64,000 nucleotides of DNA from an uncultured Methylophilaceae bacterium (GTDB lineage Bacteria; Pseudomonadota; Gammaproteobacteria; Burkholderiales; Methylophilaceae). Below are positions 42,964 through 54,542 of the stretch, in pieces. The notes under the pieces are model-generated. The model was not told the origin of the DNA and searched no databases. It saw only the letters and a program-made list of their open reading frames with translations. The stretch lies in assembly GCA_964511385.1 (NCBI GenBank), contig CAZEFE010000004.1:85111-149110 (forward strand), in the 5' to 3' direction. Positions within the stretch are counted from its first letter, which is position 1. Each line of letters begins with the position of its first letter. The position numbers and the translations under genes were made by a program.

Positions 42964-45247
42964 TCGCGACGTCGGCTACAGGGCTGGCAGAGGTTGCATG
43001 GTTCTCGAAATCCAGAACCACTTTGTCGTCGGCATCGATGTCCACTGTCACATGGCCGCCATCAGCCAGGCGACCGAACAGCAGTTCGTCAGCCAGGGCG
43101 CGACGGATGGTGTCCTGGATCAGGCGTGCCATGGGGCGCGCGCCCATCAGCGGGTCGAAGCCTTTTTTCGCCAGGAATTCTTTCAGCGCCGGGGTGAAAT
43201 TGACGTCCACTTTCTTCTCGTGCAACTGGTCTTCCAGTTGCATCAGGAATTTGTCCACCACGCGCACGATCACGCTGTGGTCGAGTGGTTTGAACGACAC
43301 CGTGGCATCCAGGCGGTTCCTGAATTCCGGGGTAAACAAGCGCTTGATTTCCGCCATTTCATCGCCGGCCGCCTTGTTGGCGGTAAAGCCCATGCTGGTT
43401 TTGGATAGTGCTTCAGCACCGGCATTGGTGGTCATGATGATGGTGACGTTGCGGAAATCCGCCTTGCGGCCATTGTTGTCTGTCAGCGTGCCATGGTCCA
43501 TCACTTGCAGCAGGATGTTGAAAATATCCGGATGGGCTTTTTCAATCTCGTCCAGCAGCAGCACCGAATACGGCTGCTTGGTGATGGCTTCGGTGAGCAG
43601 GCCGCCCTGTTCAAAGCCGACATAACCCGGCGGCGCGCCAATCAGTCGTGACACGGCATGGCGCTCCATGTATTCCGACATGTCGAAGCGCACCAGTTCG
43701 ATCCCCAGGGTATAGGCCAGCTGGCGCGCGACTTCGGTCTTGCCGACGCCGGTAGGCCCGCTGAACAGGAAGGCGCCGATGGGCTTGTGGGTGTTGCCCA
43801 GGCCGCTGCGCGACATCTTGATGGCGGCGGAAAGTGCGTCAATTGCGGCATCTTGGCCAAATACCACGGCTTTCAGGTCGCGGTCCAGCGTTTTCAGCGC
43901 ATTGCGGTCGTCGCTGGAAATGTTCTTGGACGGAATGCGCGCAATCTTGGCGATGATGCCCTCGATTTCCTTGTTGCCGATCACTTTCTTCTGCCGCGAC
44001 TTGGGCAGGATACGCTGCGCGGCGCCGGCTTCGTCGATCACGTCGATGGCCTTGTCCGGCAGGTGGCGGTCGTTGATGTACTTGGCCGATAGTTCTGCGG
44101 CGGTAGACAGCGCTGCCGTGGTGTACTTGACGCCATGGTGGGTTTCGAAGCGCGATTTCAGGCCCTTGAGGATTGCCACGGTTTCGTTGATCGATGGCTC
44201 TGCCACGTCTACTTTCTGGAAGCGGCGGGAAAGTGCGTGATCTTTTTCGAAAATGCCGCGGAATTCCTGATAGGTGGTGGCGCCTATGCATTTGAGCTGG
44301 CCGTTGGACAGCGCCGGCTTGAGCAGGTTGGAAGCGTCCAGCGTGCCGCCGCTGGCCGCACCGGCGCCAATCAGCGTGTGGATTTCGTCGATGAACAGGA
44401 TCGCATCGCGGTTATCGCTGAGTTTTTTCAGCACGGCTTTCAGGCGCTGCTCAAAGTCGCCGCGGTATTTGGTGCCGGCCAGCAGTGCGCCCATGTCCAG
44501 AGAATAAATGGTCGCGGAGGCCAGGATGTCGGGCACGTCGCCTTCGACGATGCGCCGCGCCAAGCCTTCGGCAATCGCTGTTTTGCCCACGCCGGCTTCG
44601 CCGACCAGCAGCGGGTTGTTCTTGCGCCGGCGGCACAGGGTCTGGATCACTCGTTCCAACTCCATGTCGCGGCCGATGAGCGGGTCGATCTTGCCGGCGA
44701 CGACTTGGGCGTTGAGGTTGAGGGTGTAGTTTTCCAGCGCGCCGGCGGTGCCCTGTTCCTGTTCGGTTTCGGTCTGCTCGCTCTGCGGGCGCTTGCTGCC
44801 GGCGGTGCTTTCCGCCACTTTGGAAATGCCGTGGGAGATGTAGTTGACCACATCGAGCCGGGTGACGCCCTGCTGGTGCAGGAAGAACACGGCGTGGGAA
44901 TCTTTTTCGCCATAAATGGCGACCAGCACGTTGGCGCCGGACACTTCTTTCTTGCCGGAAGACTGCACGTGCAGGATGGCGCGCTGGATCACGCGCTGGA
45001 AGCCTAGCGTGGGCTGGGTATCCACTTCCTGCGTGCCAGAAATGGTGTGCGTGTGCTCGGCGATGTATTCGGTGAGTTCGCGCCGCAAGGTTTCAATGTC
45101 GGCGCCGCAAGCACGCAGCACTTGGGACGCTGTCGGGTTGTCCAGCATGGCCAGCAGCAAGTGTTCCACGGTAATCAACTCATGGCGTTGCTGGCGCGCT
45201 TCCATGAAGGCGATGTGGAGGGAGACTTCAAGCTCTTGTGCGATCAC
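42953..45247 (-). CDS. clpA: ATP-dependent Clp protease ATP-binding subunit ClpA
   Basis: Two AAA+ modules (GEAGVGKT and GPTGVGKT) and a Clp N-domain. Confidence 0.97.
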   Translation of the reverse strand: MIAQELEVSLHIAFMEARQQRHELITVEHLLLAMLDNPTASQVLRACGADIETLRRELTEYIAEHTHTISGTQEVDTQPTLGFQRVIQRAILHVQSSGKKEVSGANVLVAIYGEKDSHAVFFLHQQGVTRLDVVNYISHGISKVAESTAGSKRPQSEQTETEQEQGTAGALENYTLNLNAQVVAGKIDPLIGRDMELERVIQTLCRRRKNNPLLVGEAGVGKTAIAEGLARRIVEGDVPDILASATIYSLDMGALLAGTKYRGDFEQRLKAVLKKLSDNRDAILFIDEIHTLIGAGAASGGTLDASNLLKPALSNGQLKCIGATTYQEFRGIFEKDHALSRRFQKVDVAEPSINETVAILKGLKSRFETHHGVKYTTAALSTAAELSAKYINDRHLPDKAIDVIDEAGAAQRILPKSRQKKVIGNKEIEGIIAKIARIPSKNISSDDRNALKTLDRDLKAVVFGQDAAIDALSAAIKMSRSGLGNTHKPIGAFLFSGPTGVGKTEVARQLAYTLGIELVRFDMSEYMERHAVSRLIGAPPGYVGFEQGGLLTEAITKQPYSVLLLDEIEKAHPDIFNILLQVMDHGTLTDNNGRKADFRNVTIIMTTNAGAEALSKTSMGFTANKAAGDEMAEIKRLFTPEFRNRLDATVSFKPLDHSVIVRVVDKFLMQLEDQLHEKKVDVNFTPALKEFLAKKGFDPLMGARPMARLIQDTIRRALADELLFGRLADGGHVTVDIDADDKVVLDFENHATSASPVADVANVA

Positions 45248-45268
45248 TTCCAGATACCTCTGTTAATT

Positions 45269-45574
45269 TCAACTCTCAATGACGCATTGCAACGGGTGCT
45301 GCTGTTCGCGTGCCAGGGTGGTCACTTGCCTGACCTTGGTTTCCGCTACATCCAGCGGGTAAATCCCGCAGATGGCGGCGCCTTCATTGTGAACCTGCAA
45401 CATCAGGCGCATCGCCTGATCCCGGCTTTTGCCAAAAAATTTCTCCAGTACTTCAACTACAAAATCCATGGGTGTGAAGTCATCATTGAGCAACTTCACC
45501 TTATATAGAGGCGGCGGCACCGGTTTCGTTCCACCGACTTCTGTTTTCAAACGTTCAACGGATTTGGTTGCCAT
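45269..45574 (-). CDS. clpS: ATP-dependent Clp protease adaptor ClpS
   Basis: [19 protein letters not shown] motif. Confidence 0.96.
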   Translation of the reverse strand: MATKSVERLKTEVGGTKPVPPPLYKVKLLNDDFTPMDFVVEVLEKFFGKSRDQAMRLMLQVHNEGAAICGIYPLDVAETKVRQVTTLAREQQHPLQCVIES

Positions 45575-45643
45575 GTTGTTTACCGTACTTGGCTTTATTT
45601 TGGGCTTATTTCAAAATAATTCAAGCCCCGTGGCAAAGGGGGG

Positions 45644-46903
45644 TTAGGGGCGCACCGATACGATCTTGACTACCCGGTCCTGAGTTTGAATGATCTCAAG
45701 GGTATGCCCGGCAATCTTGAAGCTGGTTCCAGCTTCCGGGATGTCTTCGAAATGTTCCAGCACCAGCCCATTCAGTGTTTTCGGGCCATCCAGCGGGAAA
45801 TTGAGTTTCAGCTTGCGGTTGAGTTCGCGTAGCGAGGCTGTGCCATCCACCAGCCAGCCGCCGTCTGCCTGCGGGTGGAATGCCGCGGTATGGGTGGGGG
45901 ATTGCGAGGTGAATTCGCCGACCATTTCTTCCAGGATGTCTTCCAGGGTGATCAGGCCTTTGAGCTGGCCGTATTCATCCACGACCAATGCCAGCCGCTG
46001 CTGTTTTTCCTGGAATTGCTGGAGCTGTGTGTACAACGGCGTGCCGGAAGGCACGAAATAAGGCTCGCTCATGATTTCACTGAGCGATTCCTTGGTCAGC
46101 GCGCCGCTTTTCGCCTGGTGCAGCACGTGGCGGATGTGCAGCACGCCGATGACTTCTTCGGATTGGCCGGAGCGCACGGGGAGGCGGGTGTGGTGGCTGG
46201 TGGCAATCTGCTCGGCGATGGTTTCCGACGGGGCATCAAAATCAATGGTCTCGATCTGGGTGTGGGCGGACATGACATCGTCCACGGTGATTTTTTCCAG
46301 ATCAAACAGGTTGAGCAGAATATTCTGGTGCTGTTGCGGGATAAAGCCACCGGCTTCCTGCACAATGCTGCGCAGTTCTTCCATGGTGATGGAGTGCACG
46401 GCGCCGGAAAAGTTGGGCTTCAACTGGAGGATGGTGAGGAATCCGCGCACAAATAAGTTGATAAACCAGACTGCAGGGTAGGTGATCTTGAGTAGCGGAT
46501 ACAGGATGTAACTGCTGGCGATGGCTAGGCGCTCAGGATAAGCCGCCGCAATGACTTTTGGGGAGATTTCACCAAACACCAGAATGGCGAAAGTTACGGC
46601 CAGGGTACCCGTAGCCAGCACCAACTCACCTTCACCAAACAGTTCTACCGCGATAACGGTTACCAGTGTCGCTGATGCGGCATTAGCAAAGTTGTTGCCT
46701 AGCAGGATGACGCCCAGTAGCTTGTCCGTGCGCGCCAGCAGAGTGACGGCCAGCTTTGCTCCGCGATGGCCAGACTTCACCAGATGTTTCAACCGGTAGC
46801 GATTGACGGACATCAGGCTGGTTTCGGCGATCGAGAAGAACGCGCCGATGAGTAGCAGCAATGCCAGCACGGCAAGCTGAAACGATATGGGGATTCCGTC
46901 CAA
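45644..46903 (-). CDS. CNNM/HlyC/CorC-family transporter (DUF21-CBS pair-CorC_HlyC)
   Basis: N-terminal TM DUF21 (FFSIAETSLMS), a CBS pair, and a C-terminal transporter-associated domain. Confidence 0.88.
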   Translation of the reverse strand: MDGIPISFQLAVLALLLLIGAFFSIAETSLMSVNRYRLKHLVKSGHRGAKLAVTLLARTDKLLGVILLGNNFANAASATLVTVIAVELFGEGELVLATGTLAVTFAILVFGEISPKVIAAAYPERLAIASSYILYPLLKITYPAVWFINLFVRGFLTILQLKPNFSGAVHSITMEELRSIVQEAGGFIPQQHQNILLNLFDLEKITVDDVMSAHTQIETIDFDAPSETIAEQIATSHHTRLPVRSGQSEEVIGVLHIRHVLHQAKSGALTKESLSEIMSEPYFVPSGTPLYTQLQQFQEKQQRLALVVDEYGQLKGLITLEDILEEMVGEFTSQSPTHTAAFHPQADGGWLVDGTASLRELNRKLKLNFPLDGPKTLNGLVLEHFEDIPEAGTSFKIAGHTLEIIQTQDRVVKIVSVRP

Positions 46904-46961
46904 AAGGATTTTAATCAGTGACTTAAGAGACTATCAGTCTCCTTGTTTGAGCACTGCCTTG

Positions 46962-47897
46962 TCAAGGCAATGCTTCAGCGCCTTCCTGTTTTTTCTCCGG
47001 CTTGACCATGTCTTCGCGTGAAATCCCCAGCCACATCACAATCGGGCTGGCGACCAGCACGGAAGAATAGATGCCGAACAGGATGCCGATGGTCAGCGCC
47101 AGCGCAAAATTGTGCAGCACTTCACCGCCAAAAAACAGCATGGAACACACCATGGTCTGCGTCATGGCGTGGGTGATGATGGTGCGCGACATGGTGCTGG
47201 TGATGGCGTTGTTGATGATGTCCGGCACCGTGGCCTTGCGCATCTTGCGGAAGTTTTCACGCACCCGGTCGAACACCACCACCGATTCGTTGACGGAATA
47301 TCCCAGCACCGCCAGTATCGCGGCCAGCACGGTGAGGTTGAATTCCCACTGGAAGAAGGCAAAAAAGCCGAGGATGATGACCACGTCGTGCAGGTTGGCG
47401 ATAATGGCCGCCACGCCGAATTTCCATTCGAAGCGGAGCGCCAGGTAGCCCATGATGCCGATGGATACCAGCAGCAGAGCCATTGCACCGTTTTCATACA
47501 GTTCTTGCCCGACCTGCGGCCCGACAAACTCGACGCGACGTTTCTCGACCGTTGGATCAACTTGCTTCAGGGTTTCCAGAATGTCCTCGGACAGTTTTGC
47601 GCTGGATACGCCTTTTTTGACCGGCAGTCGAATCAAGACGTCCTGGCTGGTGCCGAAGTTCTGTACAGAGGCTTCCTTCAGGCCGGAGGCGTCAATGGCG
47701 GTGCGGATTTTGGTCAGGTCGGCGGCATGGGGGTAGGAGACCTCCATGACGGTGCCGCCCGTGAAATCCACGCCCAGGTTCAGGCCTTTGGTGGCGAGGA
47801 AAAAGACGGCGAAAATAAATGTAATCAGCGAAATCGACGTCGTGAGCTTGCCATAGCTCATGAAAGGGATGTCGCGCTTGATTTTGAATAATTCCAT
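46962..47897 (-). CDS. secF: protein translocase subunit SecF
   Basis: LGVDFTGGT motif in a polytopic protein downstream of secD. Confidence 0.95.
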   Translation of the reverse strand: MELFKIKRDIPFMSYGKLTTSISLITFIFAVFFLATKGLNLGVDFTGGTVMEVSYPHAADLTKIRTAIDASGLKEASVQNFGTSQDVLIRLPVKKGVSSAKLSEDILETLKQVDPTVEKRRVEFVGPQVGQELYENGAMALLLVSIGIMGYLALRFEWKFGVAAIIANLHDVVIILGFFAFFQWEFNLTVLAAILAVLGYSVNESVVVFDRVRENFRKMRKATVPDIINNAITSTMSRTIITHAMTQTMVCSMLFFGGEVLHNFALALTIGILFGIYSSVLVASPIVMWLGISREDMVKPEKKQEGAEALP

Positions 47898-47908
47898 TTT
47901 TTATATCC

Positions 47909-49741
47909 TTAGCCGATCAGCAGTTTGCCAACCTTGCGGCGGTGGCCGTAAATCAGGTTAACCAGTGCGCGGGATACCACTACCGCGCTGAACATGGAGG
48001 TCAATATGCCCAGCACATGCACAATGGCGAAGCCGCGAACTGGGCCCGAGCCGAAGCTGAACAGCATGATGCCGACGATCAGCGTGGTGACGTTGGAGTC
48101 CAGGATGGTGGCGAATGCACGGTCATAACCCGCAGCGATAGCGGCTTGCGGGCTGTTTCCGATGCGCAGTTCTTCGCGGATGCGCTCGTTGATCAGCACG
48201 TTGGCGTCAATGGCCATCCCCAGCGTCAGCGCGATTGCCGCCAGGCCCGGCAGCGTCAGCGTGGCTTGCAGCATGGACAGCACCGCTACCAGCAGCAGCA
48301 GGTTGACGCCCAGCGAGAGCACGGAGATGGAGCCGAATACCAGGTAGTAAAGAATCATGGCAACGGCAATGGCGGTAAAGCCCCACAGGGTGGAATGCAC
48401 GCCGCGCTTGATGTTTTCTTCGCCCATGCTGGGGCCGATGGTGCGTTCTTCAATAATGTCCATTGGCGCCGCCAGTGCCCCGGCGCGCAGCAGCAGCGAA
48501 ACGTCGGTGGCTTCCTGCACGTTGGCCATGCCGGAAATCTGTACGCGTCCGCCACCGATTTCCTCGTTGATCACGGGTGCGGTAATCACTTCGGATTGGC
48601 CTTTTTCCACCAGCAGGATCGCCATGCGCTTGCCGACGTTTTCGCGGGTGACCTGCTTGAAAATGCGTGCGCCGCGGCCATCCAGGTTGACGTGCACTAC
48701 CGAACTGCCGGTCTGCTGGTCGATCCCGGGGCTGGCGTCGGTGATGTAGTCGCCGGTCAGCACAATCTGTTTCTTGACCAGGATCGGGCGGCCGTCGCGT
48801 TCCTGGAACAGCAGCGAGCCGAACGGTACCGTGCCGCTGGCGGCAGCGGCAACATCGTGCTCTTCGTCCACCATGCGGATTTCCAGCGTGGCGGTGCGCC
48901 CCAGGATTTCCTTGGCCTTGGCGGTATCCTGCACGCCGGGCAGTTGTACCACGACGCGATCCAGTCCTTGCTGCTGGATGATGGGTTCGGCCACGCCCAG
49001 TTCGTTAACGCGGTTATGCAGGGTGGTGATGTTCTGCTTGAGGGCGAAATCCTGGATACGGCGTTGCGCCGGCAGATCCAGCACTGCCAGCAGCAGCTTG
49101 TCGCCGGCCGTGCCATCGGCATCTTTCAGTGTCAGGTCAGGGAAATTTTTCCTGATTTCCGCCCTGGCTTTTTCGCGCTCGTCCTGGGATTTGAATTTCA
49201 CCTGCACCGCCTGGCCTTCACGGGAAATGCCGGAGTAGGCAATCCGTTTTTCACGCAGCTGTGTGCGCAGGTCGCCGACATAACGTTCCAGCGCCTGATC
49301 CAGCGCGGTTTTCATGTCCACCTGCATCAGGAAATGCACGCCGCCGCGCAAGTCCAGGCCCAGGTACATGGGCAGCGCGCCCAGGCTGTGCAGCCAGGCG
49401 GGCGAGCGCGACAGCAGGTTGAGCGCCACGGTGTAGGTGTTGCCCAGCTTGTTCTGCAGTACGTCCTTGGCCTTGATCTGTTCGTCCGGGTTCGCAAACC
49501 GTACCTTGATGCTGGCTTTTTCCAGGATGATGTCCTGGTAGGCCAGGTTTTGCTGCTTGAGCGTACTTTCTACTTCACCCAGCAGGGCGGAGTCCACCTT
49601 GGCGGTGGATTTTGCCGCGGAGACCTGCACTGCCGGCGATTCGCCATACAGGTTGGGCAGCGAGTAAAGCGCGCCCAGGATCAGGATCAGGGCAACGGAA
49701 ATGTATTTCCAGAGAGGGAAGCGGTTCATATGGTCAGTCAT
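47909..49741 (-). CDS. secD: protein translocase subunit SecD
   Basis: MNRFPLWKY start and LGLDLRGGVHF motif. The start is either 49741 (GGAAG upstream) or 49729. Confidence 0.95.
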   Translation of the reverse strand: MTDHMNRFPLWKYISVALILILGALYSLPNLYGESPAVQVSAAKSTAKVDSALLGEVESTLKQQNLAYQDIILEKASIKVRFANPDEQIKAKDVLQNKLGNTYTVALNLLSRSPAWLHSLGALPMYLGLDLRGGVHFLMQVDMKTALDQALERYVGDLRTQLREKRIAYSGISREGQAVQVKFKSQDEREKARAEIRKNFPDLTLKDADGTAGDKLLLAVLDLPAQRRIQDFALKQNITTLHNRVNELGVAEPIIQQQGLDRVVVQLPGVQDTAKAKEILGRTATLEIRMVDEEHDVAAAASGTVPFGSLLFQERDGRPILVKKQIVLTGDYITDASPGIDQQTGSSVVHVNLDGRGARIFKQVTRENVGKRMAILLVEKGQSEVITAPVINEEIGGGRVQISGMANVQEATDVSLLLRAGALAAPMDIIEERTIGPSMGEENIKRGVHSTLWGFTAIAVAMILYYLVFGSISVLSLGVNLLLLVAVLSMLQATLTLPGLAAIALTLGMAIDANVLINERIREELRIGNSPQAAIAAGYDRAFATILDSNVTTLIVGIMLFSFGSGPVRGFAIVHVLGILTSMFSAVVVSRALVNLIYGHRRKVGKLLIG

Positions 49742-49795
49742 GCACTTCCGGCATCAGGCCGCTGCGTGCATATCTCCAAGTTGGGTTGTGACGTG

Positions 49796-50116
49796 TCAGA
49801 TGCCCTTGATGGTGCCCTTGGGCAGCAGGGTTTGAACAGTGCTCTTCTGTACATGGACAACAATATCGGTGGCGATTTCGATGCTGACGAAGTTGTCGCC
49901 AACCTTGGCAACTTTGCCGACAAGGCCGCCGCTGGTTGCTACTTCATCACCTTTTTGCAGCGCCGCCAGCATGTTGCGATGCTCTTTTACCTGCTTCATT
50001 TGCGGGCGGATGAGCATGAACCAGAACAGCACAAAAATAATGATGAAAGGCAAAAAGCTGGTGAGGCCGGGGGCCGCGGCCGCTGCGTCTGCCGCGTAAG
50101 CGTTGCTGATGAACAC
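49796..50116 (-). CDS. yajC: preprotein translocase subunit YajC
   Basis: FWFMLIRPQMKQVKEH motif. Confidence 0.94.
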   Translation of the reverse strand: MFISNAYAADAAAAAPGLTSFLPFIIIFVLFWFMLIRPQMKQVKEHRNMLAALQKGDEVATSGGLVGKVAKVGDNFVSIEIATDIVVHVQKSTVQTLLPKGTIKGI

Positions 50117-50155
50117 GGGAATATTCCTTATAGTGGGTACAAAAACCGGATGATT

Positions 50156-51316
<1,161 letters not shown>

Positions 51317-51344
51317 CTATGGTTTTGCTATACTTAGCGGAATT

Positions 51345-52136
51345 ATGGCAAACCAGACCCCCCGTCCACGCCGGCCAAAGCCGCTGCTGGACCCGAAAAT
51401 CCGCGAGCGCAGCATCTATCTGCTGCCCAACCTGTTTACCACCGGCGCATTATTCGCCGGCTTCTATTCTATCGTGCAGGCCATGGGCGGAAACTTCGAG
51501 CAATCCGCCGTGGCCATTTTTCTGGCGATGGTGATGGACGGGCTGGATGGCCGCGTGGCACGGCTGACGCATACCCAGAGCGCATTTGGCGCCGAATATG
51601 ATTCGCTATCCGATATGGTGTCGTTTGGTGTTGCCCCGGCGCTGGTGCTGTATGTATGGGCGCTCAAGCCGATGGGCAAGCTGGGCTGGATCGCGGCATT
51701 TATTTACTGCGCGGGGGCGGCACTGCGTCTGGCGCGGTTTAACACCAAGCTGGACGAGAGCGATAAGCGCTATTTCCAAGGCTTGCCCAGCCCGGCGGCG
51801 GCGGCCCTGCTGGCGGGGTTGGTGTGGGTGATGCATGACAACGGCATCGCCGGTGCCGATATACTGGCCGGCTGGCTGCAGATGAAGTGGGTCGCCTGGG
51901 GATTTACCGTGTTTGCCGGGCTCACTATGGTGAGCGATCTGCGTTATTTCAGCGGCAAGGACTTCAACCTGCGGCGTAGCGTGCCGTTCGTGGTGATCCT
52001 GCTGATCGTGCTGGGCTTTGTACTGATTTCCTACAGCCCGCCGGAGGTGCTGTTTGCGCTGTTTGTGCTGTATGGGTTGTCAGGGTATGCCAACTGGCTG
52101 GTTCCTGTGCTAGGAAAAGGCCGGCAGGGGGACTGA
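51345..52136 (+). CDS. pssA: CDP-diacylglycerol--serine O-phosphatidyltransferase
   Basis: CDP-alcohol phosphatidyltransferase motif DGLDGRVAR...GAEYDSLSD in a polytopic protein. Confidence 0.92.
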   Translation: MANQTPRPRRPKPLLDPKIRERSIYLLPNLFTTGALFAGFYSIVQAMGGNFEQSAVAIFLAMVMDGLDGRVARLTHTQSAFGAEYDSLSDMVSFGVAPALVLYVWALKPMGKLGWIAAFIYCAGAALRLARFNTKLDESDKRYFQGLPSPAAAALLAGLVWVMHDNGIAGADILAGWLQMKWVAWGFTVFAGLTMVSDLRYFSGKDFNLRRSVPFVVILLIVLGFVLISYSPPEVLFALFVLYGLSGYANWLVPVLGKGRQGD

Positions 52137-52166
52137 GCCGGTGACGACATATTGGAGGTGAATTGA

Positions 52167-53297
52167 ATGGCCAAGAGATATCTGACGGCGGCCAAGGCGG
52201 TAGTTGGAGCGACACTTCCGTGGAATGTCTACAACGAAGAAGGTCGTCTGTTATTGAAGGTGGGGGAGGAGATCACCAGCGAATTGCAGGCATATCGCCT
52301 GGCGACGCAGGGGCTTTATTTTGATACTGATAACGGGGCTGCTGCGGACTTGGGGGAGGCGGAGCGTGAGCCGCCGTCAGTGGTGCGCACCCTGAACCTT
52401 GCCAACAAGCTGTTGTTGCAGGCGTTGCCGATGTTGCAGGAAGGCGGGGATGCTGAAGCCAGGGTGAATGGCATTTCCCAGTTGGTGCTGGAAGCGGTTG
52501 ACTTGAACGCGGATGCGGCGGTAGCTTCGATCCTGCTGCATGATGACGAAGGGTCGTATGTGACCCGGCATGCGATCGATACCGCGATTGTGGCGGTGCT
52601 GATCGGGCGGGCGATGCAACAGCCAGCCGAGGATCAACTGGTCATGGTTTCTGCGGCGCTGACGCAAAATGTCGGCATGCTCAAGTATCAGGATCTCTTG
52701 AATAACAAACGCGGCAGGTTAAGCGAGCAGGAATTGAGCCTGGTACGCCAGCACCCGGTGCAGGGGGTCAATATCCTGAAAGCCGCCGGGATCACCAATG
52801 AGCACTGGCTTGAATATGTGATGTACCACCATGAGTGCGAAGATGGCAGTGGTTACCCTAACGGCAAAAAAGCCGATGAATTACCGCTGGCGGCAAAACT
52901 GATCGCGTTTGCGGATCGCTATTGCGCGCGGCTGGTGGAGAAAAAATATGCTCCGCAAAGACTGCCCAGCCTCGCCTTGCGCGAAGTGCTGCTGAACCAC
53001 GGCGAGCAACCGCCAACGCTGATGGCGGCACATTTTATTAAAATTGTCGGGTTGCACCCGCCAGGGACAACGGTGCGCTTGAAAACCGGGGAAATCGGCG
53101 TGGTGACCAAAAAGGGCGCATCGCCGAATGGCGCCATGGTTCATGTCACCATTTCCGCGTCAGGCATGCCTATGCACCAGACGGTGGTGCGGGATAGCGA
53201 AAATCCCGAATTTGCCATCAAGGAAGAAGTGCACAAGGAAGACGCTGGCGGCCATCTGGCGATGTCCAGATTCTGGGGGACGGTAGCAGCATTGTGA
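52167..53297 (+). CDS. HD-GYP-family protein, paralog 1, HD dyad replaced by QN
   Basis: RHAIDT..., AALTQNVGML (where canonical proteins have LHDIGK), QHPVQG, HHECEDGSGYPNG, ADRYCAR. 30 nt downstream of pssA. Confidence 0.85.
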   Translation: MAKRYLTAAKAVVGATLPWNVYNEEGRLLLKVGEEITSELQAYRLATQGLYFDTDNGAAADLGEAEREPPSVVRTLNLANKLLLQALPMLQEGGDAEARVNGISQLVLEAVDLNADAAVASILLHDDEGSYVTRHAIDTAIVAVLIGRAMQQPAEDQLVMVSAALTQNVGMLKYQDLLNNKRGRLSEQELSLVRQHPVQGVNILKAAGITNEHWLEYVMYHHECEDGSGYPNGKKADELPLAAKLIAFADRYCARLVEKKYAPQRLPSLALREVLLNHGEQPPTLMAAHFIKIVGLHPPGTTVRLKTGEIGVVTKKGASPNGAMVHVTISASGMPMHQTVVRDSENPEFAIKEEVHKEDAGGHLAMSRFWGTVAAL

Positions 53298-53343
53298 TTG
53301 GATGGCTGGATTGATAAATCGGGGAATGCGGGGAGCGAGATAA

Positions 53344-54477
53344 ATGAGCAAAAGAAGAATCAGCACAGCTGACATCATTGTGGGGCAGCCTCTGCCGTGG
53401 AATGTGTACGGCGAGGATGGGCGCCTGTTGTTGCGTAAAGGGGAGACGGTTGCGACAGAATCCCAGGTGGAGTTCATGGTCAAGAAGGGGTTGTTTTCCG
53501 AAGTTGAGGACACCGGGGGTATTGATGAAATCAAGCTCAGCCCCAAGGAAGCGCCATCTACCATCCGCATGCTGAACAGCGCGAACCGCCTGTTAAGAAA
53601 AACCTTGCCGGTATTGCCAACCCTGGACAATGCACAAGCGAAAATGCTGGAAATTGCGACCTTGATTTACGATGCGCTGGAACTGAACCCGGACATTGCG
53701 GTGGCCAGCATTTTCCTGAATCACGAGGCTGGCCCTTATGTTTTCCGGCATTGCGTGGATACCGGAGTGGTGGCGGCGCTGATTGCCCGGTCCATGAATA
53801 AGCCTTCCCACGAAATCAAGGTGTGCATCTGCGCCGCGCTGACGTCGAATCTCGGCATGCTGGACTATCAGGAACACCTGGATAACAAGAAAGAACCGCT
53901 GACCCAGGCGGAAAAAGATCACATTCGCAAACACACCATGCATAGTGTTGCGATGCTGCAACAAGCGGGGGTGACCGACGAGGCATGGTTATCCTATGTG
54001 CGTGATCACCACGAAAATGAGGATGGCAGCGGCTATCCCGACGGCAAGGCGGGGGACCAGATTCCTGTATATGCCAAGCTGATTGGATTGGCGGATCGGT
54101 ACTGCGCGCGAGTTACCGGCAAGGATTACCGTAAGCAGGCGTTGCCCAATGCCGCGCTCCGTGACATTTTCCTTAGCAAGAACAAGGAAATAGACCCGTT
54201 GTTGGCGCCGTATTTCATCAAGAATATCGGGCTTTATCCACCGGGCAGTTTTGTGAAGTTGAAAAATGACGAAATTGCGGTTGTAGTCAAAAAAGGCGAT
54301 AACCCGAACAACCCCATTGTGATTACCGTGCTCAACAAACTGGGGATGCCGCCTGATACCAAACTGGTGCGGGATACCGCCAATCCTTTTTTCGGGATCA
54401 AGGAAGCTGTCCACCGCGAGGTTGCTGGTGCCAAACTGCAGATGCCCAGGTTCTGGGGTGAGCAGGCAGCCTATTAG
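53344..54477 (+). CDS. HD-GYP-family protein, paralog 2, HD dyad replaced by SN
   Basis: FRHCVDT, AALTSNLGML, HHENEDGSGYPDG, ADRYCARVTGKDYRK. Colinear with paralogs 1 and 3. Confidence 0.85.
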   Translation: MSKRRISTADIIVGQPLPWNVYGEDGRLLLRKGETVATESQVEFMVKKGLFSEVEDTGGIDEIKLSPKEAPSTIRMLNSANRLLRKTLPVLPTLDNAQAKMLEIATLIYDALELNPDIAVASIFLNHEAGPYVFRHCVDTGVVAALIARSMNKPSHEIKVCICAALTSNLGMLDYQEHLDNKKEPLTQAEKDHIRKHTMHSVAMLQQAGVTDEAWLSYVRDHHENEDGSGYPDGKAGDQIPVYAKLIGLADRYCARVTGKDYRKQALPNAALRDIFLSKNKEIDPLLAPYFIKNIGLYPPGSFVKLKNDEIAVVVKKGDNPNNPIVITVLNKLGMPPDTKLVRDTANPFFGIKEAVHREVAGAKLQMPRFWGEQAAY

Positions 54478-54542
54478 GGGGCGGGTGTTTGAATCTGCTC
54501 GATCTGGGTTAATATGGCGCAGCGAATTTTCTGGAGTGTGTA

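Noticed and set aside
46951-46973. Imperfect hairpin GCACTGCCTTG/CAAGGCAATGC at the secF stop, as a possible terminator.
   Set aside because: It overlaps the secF coding end, has a mismatch, and is not followed by a U-tract on the minus strand.
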